Source: Schmidtea nova
Lineage: Eukaryota
DNA length: 64,000 bases
Direction: 5' to 3'
Assembly: GCA_044892505.1 (NCBI GenBank)
Contig: CM097884.1
Coordinates: 60,140,001-60,204,000 of the forward strand
Below are positions 26,681 through 39,267 of the stretch, piece after piece. The notes beneath the pieces were generated by a model. That model was not told where the DNA came from. It made no database searches and worked only from the letters and a program-made list of their open reading frames with translations. A program made the translations under genes and the position numbers. The first letter of the stretch is position 1, and each line of letters opens with the position of its first letter.

Positions 26681-26822
26681 CATTGACCTATAGGGCCTCT
26701 CATTTCGTACCCAGTCGATCCAGGGATTTACAATTGCATCCAGGGTGTCAATGTAGGAAGGCCTTGCGGAATGAAATGAATAAACCTCATGTGTCATTCA
26801 TTGCTGTCGACACCAAAAGCCA
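26681..26822 (+). repeat. 142-bp block duplicated at 37374-37515
   Basis: cattgacctatagggcctctcatttcgtacc...caccaaaagcca, first ~80 bp identical in both copies; the minus-strand frame is open in both (MTHEV...IDTLDAIVNPWIDWVRNERPYRSM). Confidence 0.85.
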
Positions 26823-27259
26823 AAATGTTCGCACTGGTCAATATATTAGGAAAACAAATTTATTTTAAAAATTGTAAAAATTATAAATAAAACGTTTCTA
26901 ATAACATTTTAAAAGGAAAGTCAGCTGGGCGATGAATCAGGATTTGAAACATCAATAATCAATTAATTTAATGTTGTTCAAGGTAGTTGGACGCGTTCCG
27001 TCAATACAAATCCACCGTGTTGCGTAATTATACGCCGAATGATGCAATAGTCGACATACAAGTCTTTCCTCTTCCGCAGTAATTGACCCTTAGCTTGGCT
27101 TGATCATATAAGCAACGGAACAATGGGAATCAGTGGGAGAGTGATTTAATTTATACTTTATTTCATTGGCAACGTCTTATATATTAGCTGTTGTTCGCAG
27201 TCAGTGTAGATACTTTTTCATTTTTTTAAACATTTTTATAAAAAACAATTAATTCTTAC

Positions 27260-27866
27260 TCAAAAACCGAGAATTAATCGGTGAAGCAAATCCCTCATAT
27301 CGCACATTATAATGCCTGTAATACGCTAGATGTAACTCCATCGGATCGCCCCATTGATAACTGCCGTTTCCGAGAGATTCATAGCGCAACAACATTCTCG
27401 TTACATCATCCAACGGATAATGCATAATTAAATAAGATAGATTGTCAAATTTCTTAGATGAAAATTCTCCATAACGAATGATATTATTGTTTCCTCCTGG
27501 CTGTATATCGGAAAAGTTTAATGCGGAATATATTTGATGAGACTCATTAATAAATTCAAGAAGTTTCTTTACGGCTTCTTTTGATTTTAAAATATTCTTT
27601 CTCCAAAAAAATTTTTTCTCTATGATTGCATTCAATAATATATTGGCTATTCTGTGTCCTAAGTTGATTTTCGATAGAAGAGGAAATGTGGCATATTTTG
27701 GAAGGGATTTATCTTCATTAATTACCAGCAGCCAGTGCTGAATGACATTTGTTCCTTCTTGTTTCTGTCTGGAATTTTCCAACATACAAATTTTATGGAA
27801 ATATGTGTAAAGTTCTTGAGTAATAAACACCCATTGTTTATATTCGATTTGAATTGAAGTATCCAT
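27260..27866 (-). CDS. PCIF1-like: 5' coding exon, copy A, of the PCIF1/CAPAM-like methyltransferase (202 codons + 1 nt)
   Basis: ...MLLRYESLGNGSYQWGDP...YNVRYEGFASPINSRFL matches PCIF1 LLRRY...LQ..LP...FGV.FECFASPLN. Ends TTG A|GTAAG (donor 27259-27258), phase 1, compatible with exon 15749. Confidence 0.8.
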
Positions 27867-27890
27867 AAATTCACTATCTCAAATAAATTA

Positions 27891-27942
27891 CTAAAATTAT
27901 TTTTTGAAAAAAGTATAATAATAAAAATTTTAGAAAACTTAC
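27891..27942 (-). other. 5'-UTR spliceosomal intron (52 nt) of PCIF1-like copy A; 51-nt equivalent at 43473-43523
   Basis: GTAAGT...TTTTAG (copy A) and GTAAGT...TTTCAG (copy B); in-frame stops between acceptor and ATG show it is untranslated. Confidence 0.65.
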
Positions 27943-28495
27943 ATTTTCACGAAGATATCAAGAATTAAAAGTAAAATTCTAACAGTATCTTTAATAATGA
28001 AATGAAAATTAAATTTATGTATTGCGAGCTCAGTTATTTAAACAATTATTAGCTCATTTAAATATTGTAACCGAAAGATGATTTATTTAAATAATGAATA
28101 ATTTAAAGATGATAATAATGAATAATTTAAATATTTTAAGATAAAAACTTTAAAAATAATGAAGTCATTGATATTACAATGTTGAATTTTACTAAAATTT
28201 GTGTAGAAAAAAAATTTATAAATCTAAAGATATTTTAATATTAACAATAATTTCAATTATAAGTAGGTCGACTATCAATTAATTTGTTTATTGTTAGGCA
28301 AAAACTAGATTTTGTTTAAATAGCGTGGTAATACAGAATGTAGAGAGCGAGCGCAAACTAAATCTAAAACATGATCAAGAGAAACACTTAGTAACAACAA
28401 AGTAATAACAATACACATAAATAATTGATTAAAACAAGTTTAAAAATTAAACTAAACAAAACGCATCAAATATACACGTGAAAAACACATAACAT

Positions 28496-31400
28496 AGTTA
28501 TATAAATTGTTGTTTTAGTTATCGAAAAAAATAGTGTGTTTAATAATAAATAATTTATCTTGTCTATTTGTTTTTTCAATGAATTTAGAAGGAGACTTAA
28601 CTGGCTAACCACACCAAGAAATCAATACCGTCATTAGACGGCAGACGACTAAAAGTAGGTTGGAGTCCTTATAGAAGCAGGCTTGAGAGATATTAAATTT
28701 TAACGTGAGGAAGTTCGATGGAAAAGTTGGTTGTGAGGCCAAATTATGGCAAAAAGATATTTTAGAATAGTTGAGGATAAAAGACCAAAGTTTAGTCAAT
28801 ACGTTTGATCTCTTACTGACAGAGGCAGCAGCTCTATTATTGGAGTAGCCAAAGGAGAGAAAATGACAGATCTAATAGCGAAAGAATGGTTCATTGAAAC
28901 GTTTACAGTAAAGAAAACGATTACGAACAAGATCGTGGAACTTGCCCAATTACATCAAGAAGGCGATGAGAGATTTAAGAATGAGAACGTTAGTAAAGAG
29001 CGTATTCAGATCGGAAATGTTGGATGAACAAATTGACGGGGATATAATTTTAAACAGAGCAAAAGACGAACGGGTAAGAGATATTTATGCTAGTTAAATT
29101 AACTAGTGTTAAAGAAGCAAGGGATATGGCGAAAATTCAAGAAAAATTGAAATGACAAATGGAAATAATTCTAATATGTGCACTATACGAAGAGAATCCT
29201 ACGCATCTATTGCAAATAAAAGTAAATTTACCAGACGTCCTCAAAAGAGCATGACAGAGAAACCGAGATAGATTCACAAAGAACGACGAGAACTAAGTTA
29301 TGGATCAGCAAGATCCAAAAAATAATCAATACCTATGGATAATAGAGGAGGAAAAACTGAGAACAAACGGTAAAGGTTTTCAGAAAAAAAGGAAGATTCC
29401 AACAGTATCACTGAAAGATATCGCCAGAAGAATATTTAACGACAGTAGGTCGAGAACGACACCAACACCAGAGAAATTAGCTCTTGGTCAATGTTTCTGC
29501 TGTGGAGAAAAAGGTTATCGACGTTTTGAATGTCCAATGAAAGATCAATGTCTCATTTGTAGCAAGGAAGGCCATCGATTTAGAGACTGTAATTTACTGA
29601 ATAATAGAAACAATTACAAGAAAAAGATAGCATGTATATATGAAGGAAATCGTTGAAATAACAACAACGAAGACACCGAGGATGCCTATAGCAATTTGGA
29701 TGAAATGATACAAAAGTCAATGGACAAAGCAAAAACAGAGACGTTCCCCTTGCTTTCATTTCGTCAGTGGTATCAGCACAATAGAGAAGAGAGAGAATCG
29801 AAATGGAGTCAAGAAACTGAAGATGTACGAGACGGATGATTGAAGAAAGTGGAGTAAGATTATTTTGAATGGGACAGAAATAGATAAGCTGTGGGACTCG
29901 GGAGCATCAGTGTCAGTGATGAGCAAGAGGAGTTGGAAAAATGGGAAAACCAAAGCTGACAGTAAGTAATATTTCATTATGTGGAGTATTTTTATCAAGT
30001 TCGGAAAGACCACTAGGAGAAATGACGATATAAAGAGATTATAATGGCAAGAGGAGAAAAATAAGTGTGATTGTAGTTACAGACATACGGCCAAATTTTA
30101 TTGGCGGTGTAGACACGATGGAAAAGTTTGGAATTCAGCTGGTAAATAAATAAAATCGAAGCATCACTAGTAGGGAAGACATATCAGAATTCACGAGAAA
30201 TGCAAGCACTGGAGATGTTGATGAGTTGTAAAGACGAAGATTTTAAAAGAATTATACGAAAATTCAGAGAAATTTGTATGACATCAACTTTTGACTTGGG
30301 ATTCACTGAAAGGGTAAAATATGAGATGTATATAACAGGAGATTCAGTAAGAATACAGCCCAGAAGACAACCAATGCACCTGGAACAAAAACTAGACGAG
30401 TTAATCATCAAATCACTGGTAGCAAAGGTCATCAATAAATGTAAAAGTGTATGGAACGCCCCGCTGGTGATAATCGCAAAGACAATTCAATTACAATGTG
30501 TGTAAATTACAGAGGATTGAACGCCATTACAAAAAGTGTCGTTTCCAATGCCAGATACCCGATTCCTTTTGGACTGCTTGGTAGATTTGAAGTATTTTAC
30601 TTCCATTGATCTAGAACATGCCTACTACCAGGTCGGGATGGCAGAATAAATACAAGACGTCACAGATTTTAGTACAGGGCAAGAACAGTTTTGCTTCAAC
30701 AGGTTACCTTTTGGACATGCAACAGCCCAGCAACATTCCAGAGGAGGATGCACTCAATGCTGGAAGGAATATTGTTTAAATGAGTGTTGGTTTACTTAGA
30801 CGATATATTGATTTATGGGAGACAGAAAAGAACATAATTTATGGCAATAGGAAGTATTCAAAAGGATACAAATAGCAGGGTTGAAGATTAATCCTGGTAA
30901 ATGCGAGCTATTGAAATTAGAACTGACATTTCTGGGACACACTGTTAGTTCCAAGGGGATAAAGACGAATGACAAGAAGATCAAAAAAATTTAAGGAGGC
31001 AGAGATACCGACATGTGCTAAACAATTAGGGTCGTTTCTGTGCATGACTAATTACTACAGGAAGTTCATAAAAGATTACACAAAGATTTCTGGGCCGTTA
31101 TACGCAGCCATTTCCGAATGCGAGAAAATGATTAATTGGTCAGAAGATTACAAAAGTTTTGAATTGCTTTAAACAATATTTTGTGAAGCCCCAATCCTGA
31201 ATATTCCAAGAGTAGAGGACAAATTTATTCTGGATACATATGCCAGTTTTGAAACGATCAGAGCTATTCTGTGTCAAAAGAGAGGAGACAAAACATAACT
31301 AGTTATTGCGAATGAATCAATACATTTAACGGCAAACGAAAAATGGTATTGTGTGACAAGGAATGAATTACTTGCAATACACAAATATGTTTTATATTTC

Positions 31401-32994
31401 AGACAATATCTATATGGGAAGGCTTTCGTAGTACGAAGAGATCACAAAGCACTAGTCCTTATGAGATACACCAAGAAAGCAATGAGTCCACAGCTTCAGA
31501 CATGGCTGGCCGACTTTTAAGGATAGGACTTTGACTTGCAAAATAGGAAAGGAGAAGAACATGGGAATGCGGACGGTATCTCAAGGATCAATGGAATGTT
31601 ATGTGCTCAATGCCAGACACAACATAAAGACACGAAAGAGGAAAAAACTTAGAATGAGACAATAGTAAATTACAGAAGACTGAACCAATGACAAGACTAT
31701 TAAGCAAACAAGAGGATGACGTAGACTTCATACACATTCAAGGGTATTACTGGGAAAAGAGAATGGAGGAACTCTGAAAAGGAAGAAATTCCCTTTTAAT
31801 TTGCTGAAGAACACAAAATTCAAAAACGGATTATTACTGCTTGAGAAAGATGGAAAGGATCTCATATTAGTACCATTAGAGTACATTAATACTTTAGTCA
31901 AAACATACATACAGAAATGTGTGATATTGGAGAAATTAGGAAATTAAGAAATTAACAAGTTACATGAGCGATTTATTTTGGCCAAATATGTAATGGACAA
32001 TTCAAAGCTGTTAAGGATCATGTGAATATGTTGTAAACAGAAGATAGTACAGGATAAAACAAAGGAACGACTGATACCGATAATGAGTTCAGATTTCCTA
32101 GAACAATTGGTTGTAGATATAGCCCACATGAAACCTCAATGAAGTTACAGATATTTATTAGTTATTATTCACCGTTTGAGCAAGATGGTTAGTCTAACTG
32201 CACTGAAATACAAGATGAAAAATCGTTGTTCAAAGCCATAATAGATAAGTGAATATATAAATTCGGTAAACCACGAAGTCTTTTATCAGAGAAATGTAAA
32301 AATTCGACACCATGTTCGTTAAGACACACCTAGGGAAGTTAGGCATCAAACAAAACCTGAGTCGCTATACCAACACTAATCGAATGGGCTGGTGGAAAGG
32401 ACAATACGAACAGTCAGAGACTTATTAACAATTTCTATATTCAGTTGATTAGGGGAGAGAAATTGGGTAGATTTACTCCCACGTATAAAATTTTGTATCA
32501 ATGCGACAACACAGAGTACAACAGGATTCTCACCATTCGAAATTGTTTTCGGGAGGAAAATTAATCTACATTCAACACTACCACAGACAAATTTGAACGC
32601 AACCGAAATAAGCAAGCAGATTCTAGCAAACAGTGAAAGAGCAGCAAAACGAATGAAAGAAACAGACACGGATAGAAGGACGCATAGAACTTTTGAGGTA
32701 AGGGAGAAAGTATTGGTTCGGAAAGAACCACAAAATCGGGACAAATATGACCTACAGTACGAAGGGCCGTTCGTAATATCAAGATTTTTGTCAGAACACA
32801 GAGTAGAGTTGATCGATGGAAATTCAAAGAAACTTCGATGCACCGAATGGCTGAAGAGATGGACAGATCCTTAAATAAAGGAGGAGTTATATAAATTGTT
32901 GATGTTTTAATAATCGAGAAAGAAAGTGTGTTTAATAATAAATAATTAATCTTGTCCATTTGTATTTTTGATGAATTTAGAAGGAGACATAACT
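28496..32994 (+). mobile_element. Full-length but decayed Gypsy LTR retrotransposon with AGTTA...TAACT LTRs
   Basis: LTRs 28496-28602 and 32885-32994 (~85-90% identical), TSD AACAT (28491-28495, 32995-32999), TGG PBS overlapping the LTR end, purine tract before the 3' LTR. Two CCHC-like knuckles (29300-29656), protease DSGAS (~29890), RT YLDD (~30795), integrase SNGLVER (~32380), YEGPF tail; many stops and frameshifts. Confidence 0.92.
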
Positions 32995-33749
32995 AACATA
33001 AAAACATGAATTGTGGAATAAAATTACAGATTTAGAAAAACTAAAATATATTCTAGAAGAGATTTTCGATTTTTAATTTAAAAACTCAGAAAAAAGGGAA
33101 AGCAAAATTGTTTTAGAGAAAAATTGGCAAATTGAATTAAATTAGAAAAATTTTCATTTAAAAATAATTTTAGATCGAAATTAAAGTATTTAAAATTTTA
33201 TTAAAACTTTATATAAAAAATAATAATTCAATTTTACTTAAAACTGTTTAATTTAGATTTTTGGAAGAATCGAAAATTCCTCCTAGAACTATTTGTTTAA
33301 ATGCATCAGCAAAAATAACAGTCGGAAATAAGTATTTATACCCCCATCAAAATCAATAAATTCAGAATTTGTGACTACCAACCAGGTCTAATTTGGTTAG
33401 ACGAAACTCTGCCCAAAAATTTGATAAACGGGAAAACTTTCGAATATCGAGTTGCCTATTTTCTAACCACCAGCTCTAAAATTCCGAAAATCAACGAACC
33501 TCTCAGCTAATACCTATCGGATACCGACAAATCATTTTCAGACTTATCCGGAGCAATCTTTGTGAAATGTAAGGTTTCTACTTGTTAAGCATGGGTTGGA
33601 GTATCATCCCTGTCAACCCTGGCTCGGTATTTTATTTTAATTTTATTGTTATGTCTGATTTACATCATTTTTGAGTTATCATTGATAAGTTAATTATTTA
33701 TGAATTATATTATTTCATATGTCATTTAATTTTCTTTTATACATATATT

Positions 33750-35560
33750 TAAATTTTAGTCATTAATATTTGATTTGCCAACCTTTCAGGCGTTTTCGTT
33801 TCAAAATGCTCGATTCTTCTTTATTTACCATTTAAAACGTCTATCGAGCGAATTATCATTGCTGAAATCATGCCATACTTCGTTGATCTTTTTGAGTTCT
33901 AAGCTATGTTTCGATGGTAGTACTTTGAGGGTTTCTTCCTGTTTGTTTTTAATCTGCTCTGTTTCGACTAATTCGCCGAATTCGAGTTTGTTGATGATGT
34001 CTGTTTCTATCCTTGATAGTGTGTCTGCTGCTATGTTTGCTGCTCCTGCGATATAAATGATTGTACAATTGAACTGTGAGATGAAGTTTGATTGCCTATT
34101 ATTTGTCTTGGGGTGGGTTTTTCATTTGTATTGCATTAATGAGTGGTTTATGGTCTGTAAGGATCTTGAAGTTTCGTGCTTCCACCAAGTGTTAGAAGTG
34201 TTTTATGGCATGGTGGATTGCGAGGAGTTCTCGGTCGAAGGTTAAGTACCTTATTTTGTGTGCTTTGAGTTTTTTTTTGAAAAGAACTAATCGGTTGTTT
34301 GTCGTGTTCGTTTTCTTAATATAAAGTCGATCCCATTGCGAATCCAGTAGTGTTACTTGGGACATGGTAACTTTAGCTTTCTCAAAGTTTTTTTTTATTT
34401 TTCGGTCCAGTCAACTTTCACGTTTGTTTTCGTTTTGATAAGGTCATTTAGAGGGGCTAAAAGTTCATTGCAGTTAGAAATGTATGCGTGGTAAAAGTTT
34501 ACCATTCCCATAACTCGTCTGAGTTCTCTGTTTGTGTTTGTAGTTTGAACTGTTGGATTGTGTTTATTTTCTATTGGTTTTGTACTTATTTCGTTTATGG
34601 TGTGTCCAAGGAAATTTATTTCTTTTTTTTGAAATTCACGTTTTTGAATGTTGGTTTTAAGGTTTGCGGAGACCAGTGTCTGAAACACCTTGTCGATATC
34701 GTTAAAATGTGTTTCTTTGTCCAGACTTGCTATTAGAATGTCTTCCAGGTATGCGATTGTGTTTTGGTTGTTTTTCAAGGTTTTATCCATGAATCGTTGG
34801 AACGTCGCAGCTGTGTTTCGTAAACCGAATGGCATTCTGTTCTATTCGAACATGCCAATTGGTGTTACGATTGCAGTCTTTTTAATGTCCTCTTTCCTGA
34901 TCGGGACTTGATAGTAGGAGTTCAGTATGTCTATTTTGGAGAAGAACTTTGCTCCTTTTAATCTGTTTATTATATCCCTTATAATTGGCAGGGGGTAGTT
35001 GTTTGGCTCTGTGAACTAGTTTAACATTCTGTAATCACCACAAGCTGTTCATTCACCGTTTGTCTTTTTCTTGAGCATTAGGAGTGTACTTGGATTGTAC
35101 TGGATTCCCATTTGTAATAATTCAGTTAGGTTTTTTGATTCTTCGTCGAATTTTACTGGTTCGATGAGTTTGTCGTATTTCTTGAATAAAGCTATTATCT
35201 CAGGGCCGTGTTTTGGTGTTTTACTTGGTTTGTTTTTTTTACATCAGCCTGTATTAAGCCAAAGTATACTTTTGACTTAGACAGTGTTGTGGCTTTGTCA
35301 AATTTTCTGCTTGACGCTAGATTTTCGAAGTGTTTAGTTTTGACAGTCAACTACTAAATTGTAGTGTGCTAAAAAGTCAGCGCCGATAATAGACTGCTGT
35401 ACTTACGCTATTATAAACGTCCAAGTGTATTTTTTTGAATTTATTGTGATGGTTAGAATACAATCGCCGTATGTTTTGATATTGGTGACGTTAGCTGCTG
35501 TTAGAGATTTATCTGTGATTTGGGGTTTCTTCGCGAGTAGCATTGTAATATTGAGAATAT
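33750..35560 (-). pseudogene. Internally deleted Gypsy pol remnant (protease-RT-integrase tail)
   Basis: 34395-34835 reads MPFGLRNTAATFQRFMD...AYLEDILIAS (RT); protease-like and integrase-like fragments flank it. LTRs not delimited. Confidence 0.8.
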
Positions 35561-35569
35561 CGATTCGGA

Positions 35570-36307
35570 AAACCGAAGAGCATTTTAACAGATAGAGGCC
35601 GTAATTTCGAAGGGAATTTTCTAAGACAGAGACTACAGAAACTTGGAATCAAACAGGAATTCAGATCACATTACCAGCACCAATCTAATGGATTATCCGA
35701 ACGAGCCATGCGGACGGTAAGGGATCTTATTACAGCGACATTGGCAGGTGGATGTGAAGAGAGATACTGGCATGAACTTCTACCTATAAATGAGTTCAGT
35801 ATAAATAGCAGTCAATTGAGTGCTACAGGTTATCACCATTTAAGATAATTTATGTATGGAATAGTAACCAACATTCAAACCTGAAACAAGCAGAGATATC
35901 AAGAAGCGAATGGATGAAAGACACAATATATAACTCGAGAAAAGCCGCAGACATTATGAGAGCTATGAATAAGACAAAGAGAGGCACTCGTGTTTTTGAG
36001 GAGGGGGATGAGGTAATCGTACTCAAAGAACCGTAGAACAGGCACTAAGATGGTATGCAGTACGAATGTCCATATAAAATCATCAGATTTCTATCTCCTC
36101 ATCGAGTCGAACTACATTCGCAAGAAGGAAAGAAAGAAAGAAGAATCGAGTGGCTGAAGAAGTGGAAAAATTATTAAGCAGGACAGTTAGATATTTATAT
36201 GAACTTGTGTTTTAATAATTGATTATTTGGCACTTTTTATAAAATTTTAATTAAATAAATTTATGACCGAATGGAGTTAGTCTTTTAAAACAGAGTTTGA
36301 TTTAACT
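35570..36307 (+). mobile_element. 3' fragment of a second AGTTA...TAACT Gypsy (integrase C-terminus + LTR)
   Basis: QSNGLSERAMRTVRDLI and EWLKKW paralogous to the 28496-32994 element; candidate LTR AGTTAG (36185) to TAACT (36307). Confidence 0.65.
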
Positions 36308-37359
36308 ATATAAGATATTAAGTTGAGATTTTAGGAACCTAAACATAAGTATTACGTAGAAAAAAATCAATACATAAGCATATACATGCCAGTAACAATA
36401 AATACGAGATAATCAAAAAATTTATATGAATTGTAAAAGAAAAAAATCTTGACTTTTGAAAACACTAAGACATACGTCAAAATCCAAGATATCCCAATCC
36501 GACTAAAGCAGACTCGGCTGTATTTATTGAACGTATTTTGATTAAAAGAAATGTAGTTACTTATAGAAAAAGTTTTTTTAAAAACATGATAATATTTCTA
36601 ATGACAGATAAGATTATATCTAAGAACAAAGTTGAATATAATAATTNNNNNNNNNNNNNNNNNNNNNNNNNNNNNNNNNNNNNNNNNNNNNNNNNNNNNN
36701 NNNNNNNNNNNNNNNNNNNNNNNNNNNNNNNNNNNNNNNNNNNNNNNNNNNNNNNNNNNNNNNNNNNNNNNNNNNNNNNNNNNNNNNNNNNNNNNNNNNN
36801 NNNNNNNNNNNNNNNNNNNNNNNNNNNNNNNNNNNNNNNNNNNNTTTAACAAACAAATTACCAGTTCAAAATCACCAGCTCACATTTAAAAGTTACTATA
36901 AATCGTGATTATTTATATTCTAAAGATATATTTCAAAAAGAAAACTTTTTTCAAAAAAAACTTGTTATCTTAGAAATTTAAAAAAAGAAAAGTCTTCAGT
37001 TTTATTAGATTAAAACGTGATAAGGTTTTTCTAAAACTAATCCATTTATCAAGTAGTCTAATGTATTGCATTTATCAAATGAATAGGTAAATGAAACAAT
37101 CTATTGAAAAGTTTACCAAGTCAGTATAATTATTATAATGAAGGGTCCGAAAGGTGTTTGAGGACAACTTTATGCTTTTCAAAAACAGAATACATAATAA
37201 CAAATAATAATTTTATTAATGATGATGCTATAAGGATAAATATAAATTCTTTTTATTATTTTATTCAATAAAGCCACCATTAGTTTCAATAACGTTTTCT
37301 GAGCAAGAATGAAATTGTTTTCATGCTTATATTATATAATATATGTTCATATTGGGCAT

Positions 37360-38070
37360 TACTCTGAATATAGCATTGACCTATAGGGCCTCTCATTTCG
37401 TACCCAGTCGATCCAGGGATTTACAATTGCATCCAGGGTGTCAATGTAGGAAAGCCTGGCGGAATGAAGTGAAGAAACCTCATGTGTCATTCATTGCTTT
37501 CGACACCAAAAGCCATGACAGATGCATGAAATTTTGTATTAGAACTTCAGGATTGTAATCTGTCATTTTGTCTGTTAATTTTCTGATCTTGTAAAACGTT
37601 TTTCTCGTTTGAGAAAAACCAAACCACATTTGCTTTTACTGAATGTTTAAGTTTACTTAAGAGACTTTTAGATACGATTAAACGATTTTCTTTCGTTTTT
37701 TTACATAAATTCTATTTCCCTCATCACGTAAGATATATCCGATGATTTCATGAGCAAGACTTCTAATTGTTCGTTCACACATGGAAATTTTTTAAAAATG
37801 CATTTGTTGATTTCCACAAATGGTCTGTCGATAAATTGAGGTGTTCTGATGGTGTCATGGCATTTGCGCTTTGATACTTGTAATATATCTCTATCGTCGG
37901 TTTTGAACTCTTAAGGAACTTTGTAGACAAATGATTTGGCAACTTTTAAAAATCGGGATATTTATAAATGGCATCAATATTCCTATATAATAAATCAGAA
38001 TTCCTAAAGAACTGACAGCAGTAAACTCCCTTCTAAAATATTGGCAAGCACTGACCCATTTTATTAGAAT
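37360..38070 (-). pseudogene. Decayed ORF of unknown family
   Basis: Long protein-like stretches between scattered stops (YCCQFFRNSDLLYRNIDAIYKYP...SMCERTIRSLAHEIIGYILRDEG...NPWIDWVRNERP). Confidence 0.35.
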
Positions 38071-38449
38071 AAATCCATATTTAAACATATTTTGAATATT
38101 TGTTATTTTAAAATTTGGTTACTCGTACTTTAATATGGCCAAAACAAGTAAATTAATAATTATAAAAGTAATTGTTAGGATTATCATCCTTCTAAACTTC
38201 ACAATTAAATTCAGAATCACTAAAAAATCCATAAAATTTATTCAATAATTTATTCAAAATGATTTCATTTGTTACGATATTTAAACAAATTTACTATTGT
38301 TTTATTTTAAATATTTTTTTAACTTTTAAATTTTTCCTTTAAAATCATTTGTAAATTTTCAATTTCACATTTTCAATATTTTGGATATAATAACTTTAAA
38401 AATTTTTAGAAACTTCCAATTTCCCTCATAACTCCATTTTAGAGAATTT

Positions 38450-38760
38450 TTTAAAGTTTTTCTACGTTTCTTTCAATCTTTTTACTATTTTCATTTCTTA
38501 AGCTGTATCGTCTCTCATGCACTTTCTTAAAAACTTGTTCTGGCGCCTCATATCTATTCTGGCTTTTATTGCATGTTTATACTTTTACTAACACGCCTTC
38601 TTCGACATTAAATTTCCTCAATGTTCGTTCTTCCTATTCTTCTTTTATCTACTTATTCGGACCCGTAACATCTTTCCCTGTTAACCTTTTATCCAAAAAC
38701 TATCACTGCCGAGCTTTTTCCTACCGTTATTTTATTTGGTTGCTTTTAATGTGAGATCGA
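38450..38760 (-). pseudogene. Gypsy integrase C-terminal (GPY/F-like) remnant
   Basis: KFNVEEGVLVK...NRYEAPEQV resembles FEVGEKVLV...KYEGPF.V of the neighbouring elements. Confidence 0.4.
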
Positions 38761-38769
38761 TTTGTGGGA

Positions 38770-39200
38770 GTATCTCTGCCAAATCCGCCCCCCATAGCTA
38801 CGCTGGTGAATATAAAGTAACGAAACAATTATTTTTGAAATTTAATATGAAACAATAATTTGAAATTTTATACGAAAAAAACATTATAATGATAAAGGTA
38901 AAGCAAAATTGCAGATTAAACATTCTACATAGATTAGATTAGAATAGAATTTTATTGGTAAGAAAGACAAACAACTGAAAAATGATAAAGCTAAAATAAT
39001 TGCAGATTAAACATCCTACATAATAGTTTTAGTTCATAACCACAAAGGAACACCGACTAAAGCAGACTCGACTGTATTTATTGTACGTATTTTGATTAAA
39101 AGAAATGTAGCTAATTAAAAAAAGTTTTTTTTAAAACATGATAAAATTTCTAATGACAGATAAGATTATTTATATCTAAGAACAAAGTTGAATATAATAA
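38770..39200 (+). repeat. Dispersed repeat family (38770-39052 ~ 41148-41410; 39053-39200 ~ 36500-36646; 36845-36940 ~ 40961-41060)
   Basis: Colinear AT-rich blocks matched by eye. Confidence 0.7.
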
Positions 39201-39215
39201 TTTCACTATTTTAAA

Positions 39216-39267
<52 letters not shown>

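Larger units (their letters stand above)
26823..28495 (-). repeat. Segmental duplication unit A (PCIF1-like exon 1 module); unit B = 42383-43919 plus 47619-~47790
   Basis: Colinear similarity across proximal intron, exon, 5'-UTR intron and upstream region; homology resumes on the far side of each LTR insertion. Confidence 0.88.

Noticed and set aside
27249-27259. SKN* as the true C-terminus of a 205-aa protein (also 42831-42841)
   Set aside because: These codons overlap a GTAAG donor, and the missing catalytic half exists as a phase-matched exon at 15322-15749.
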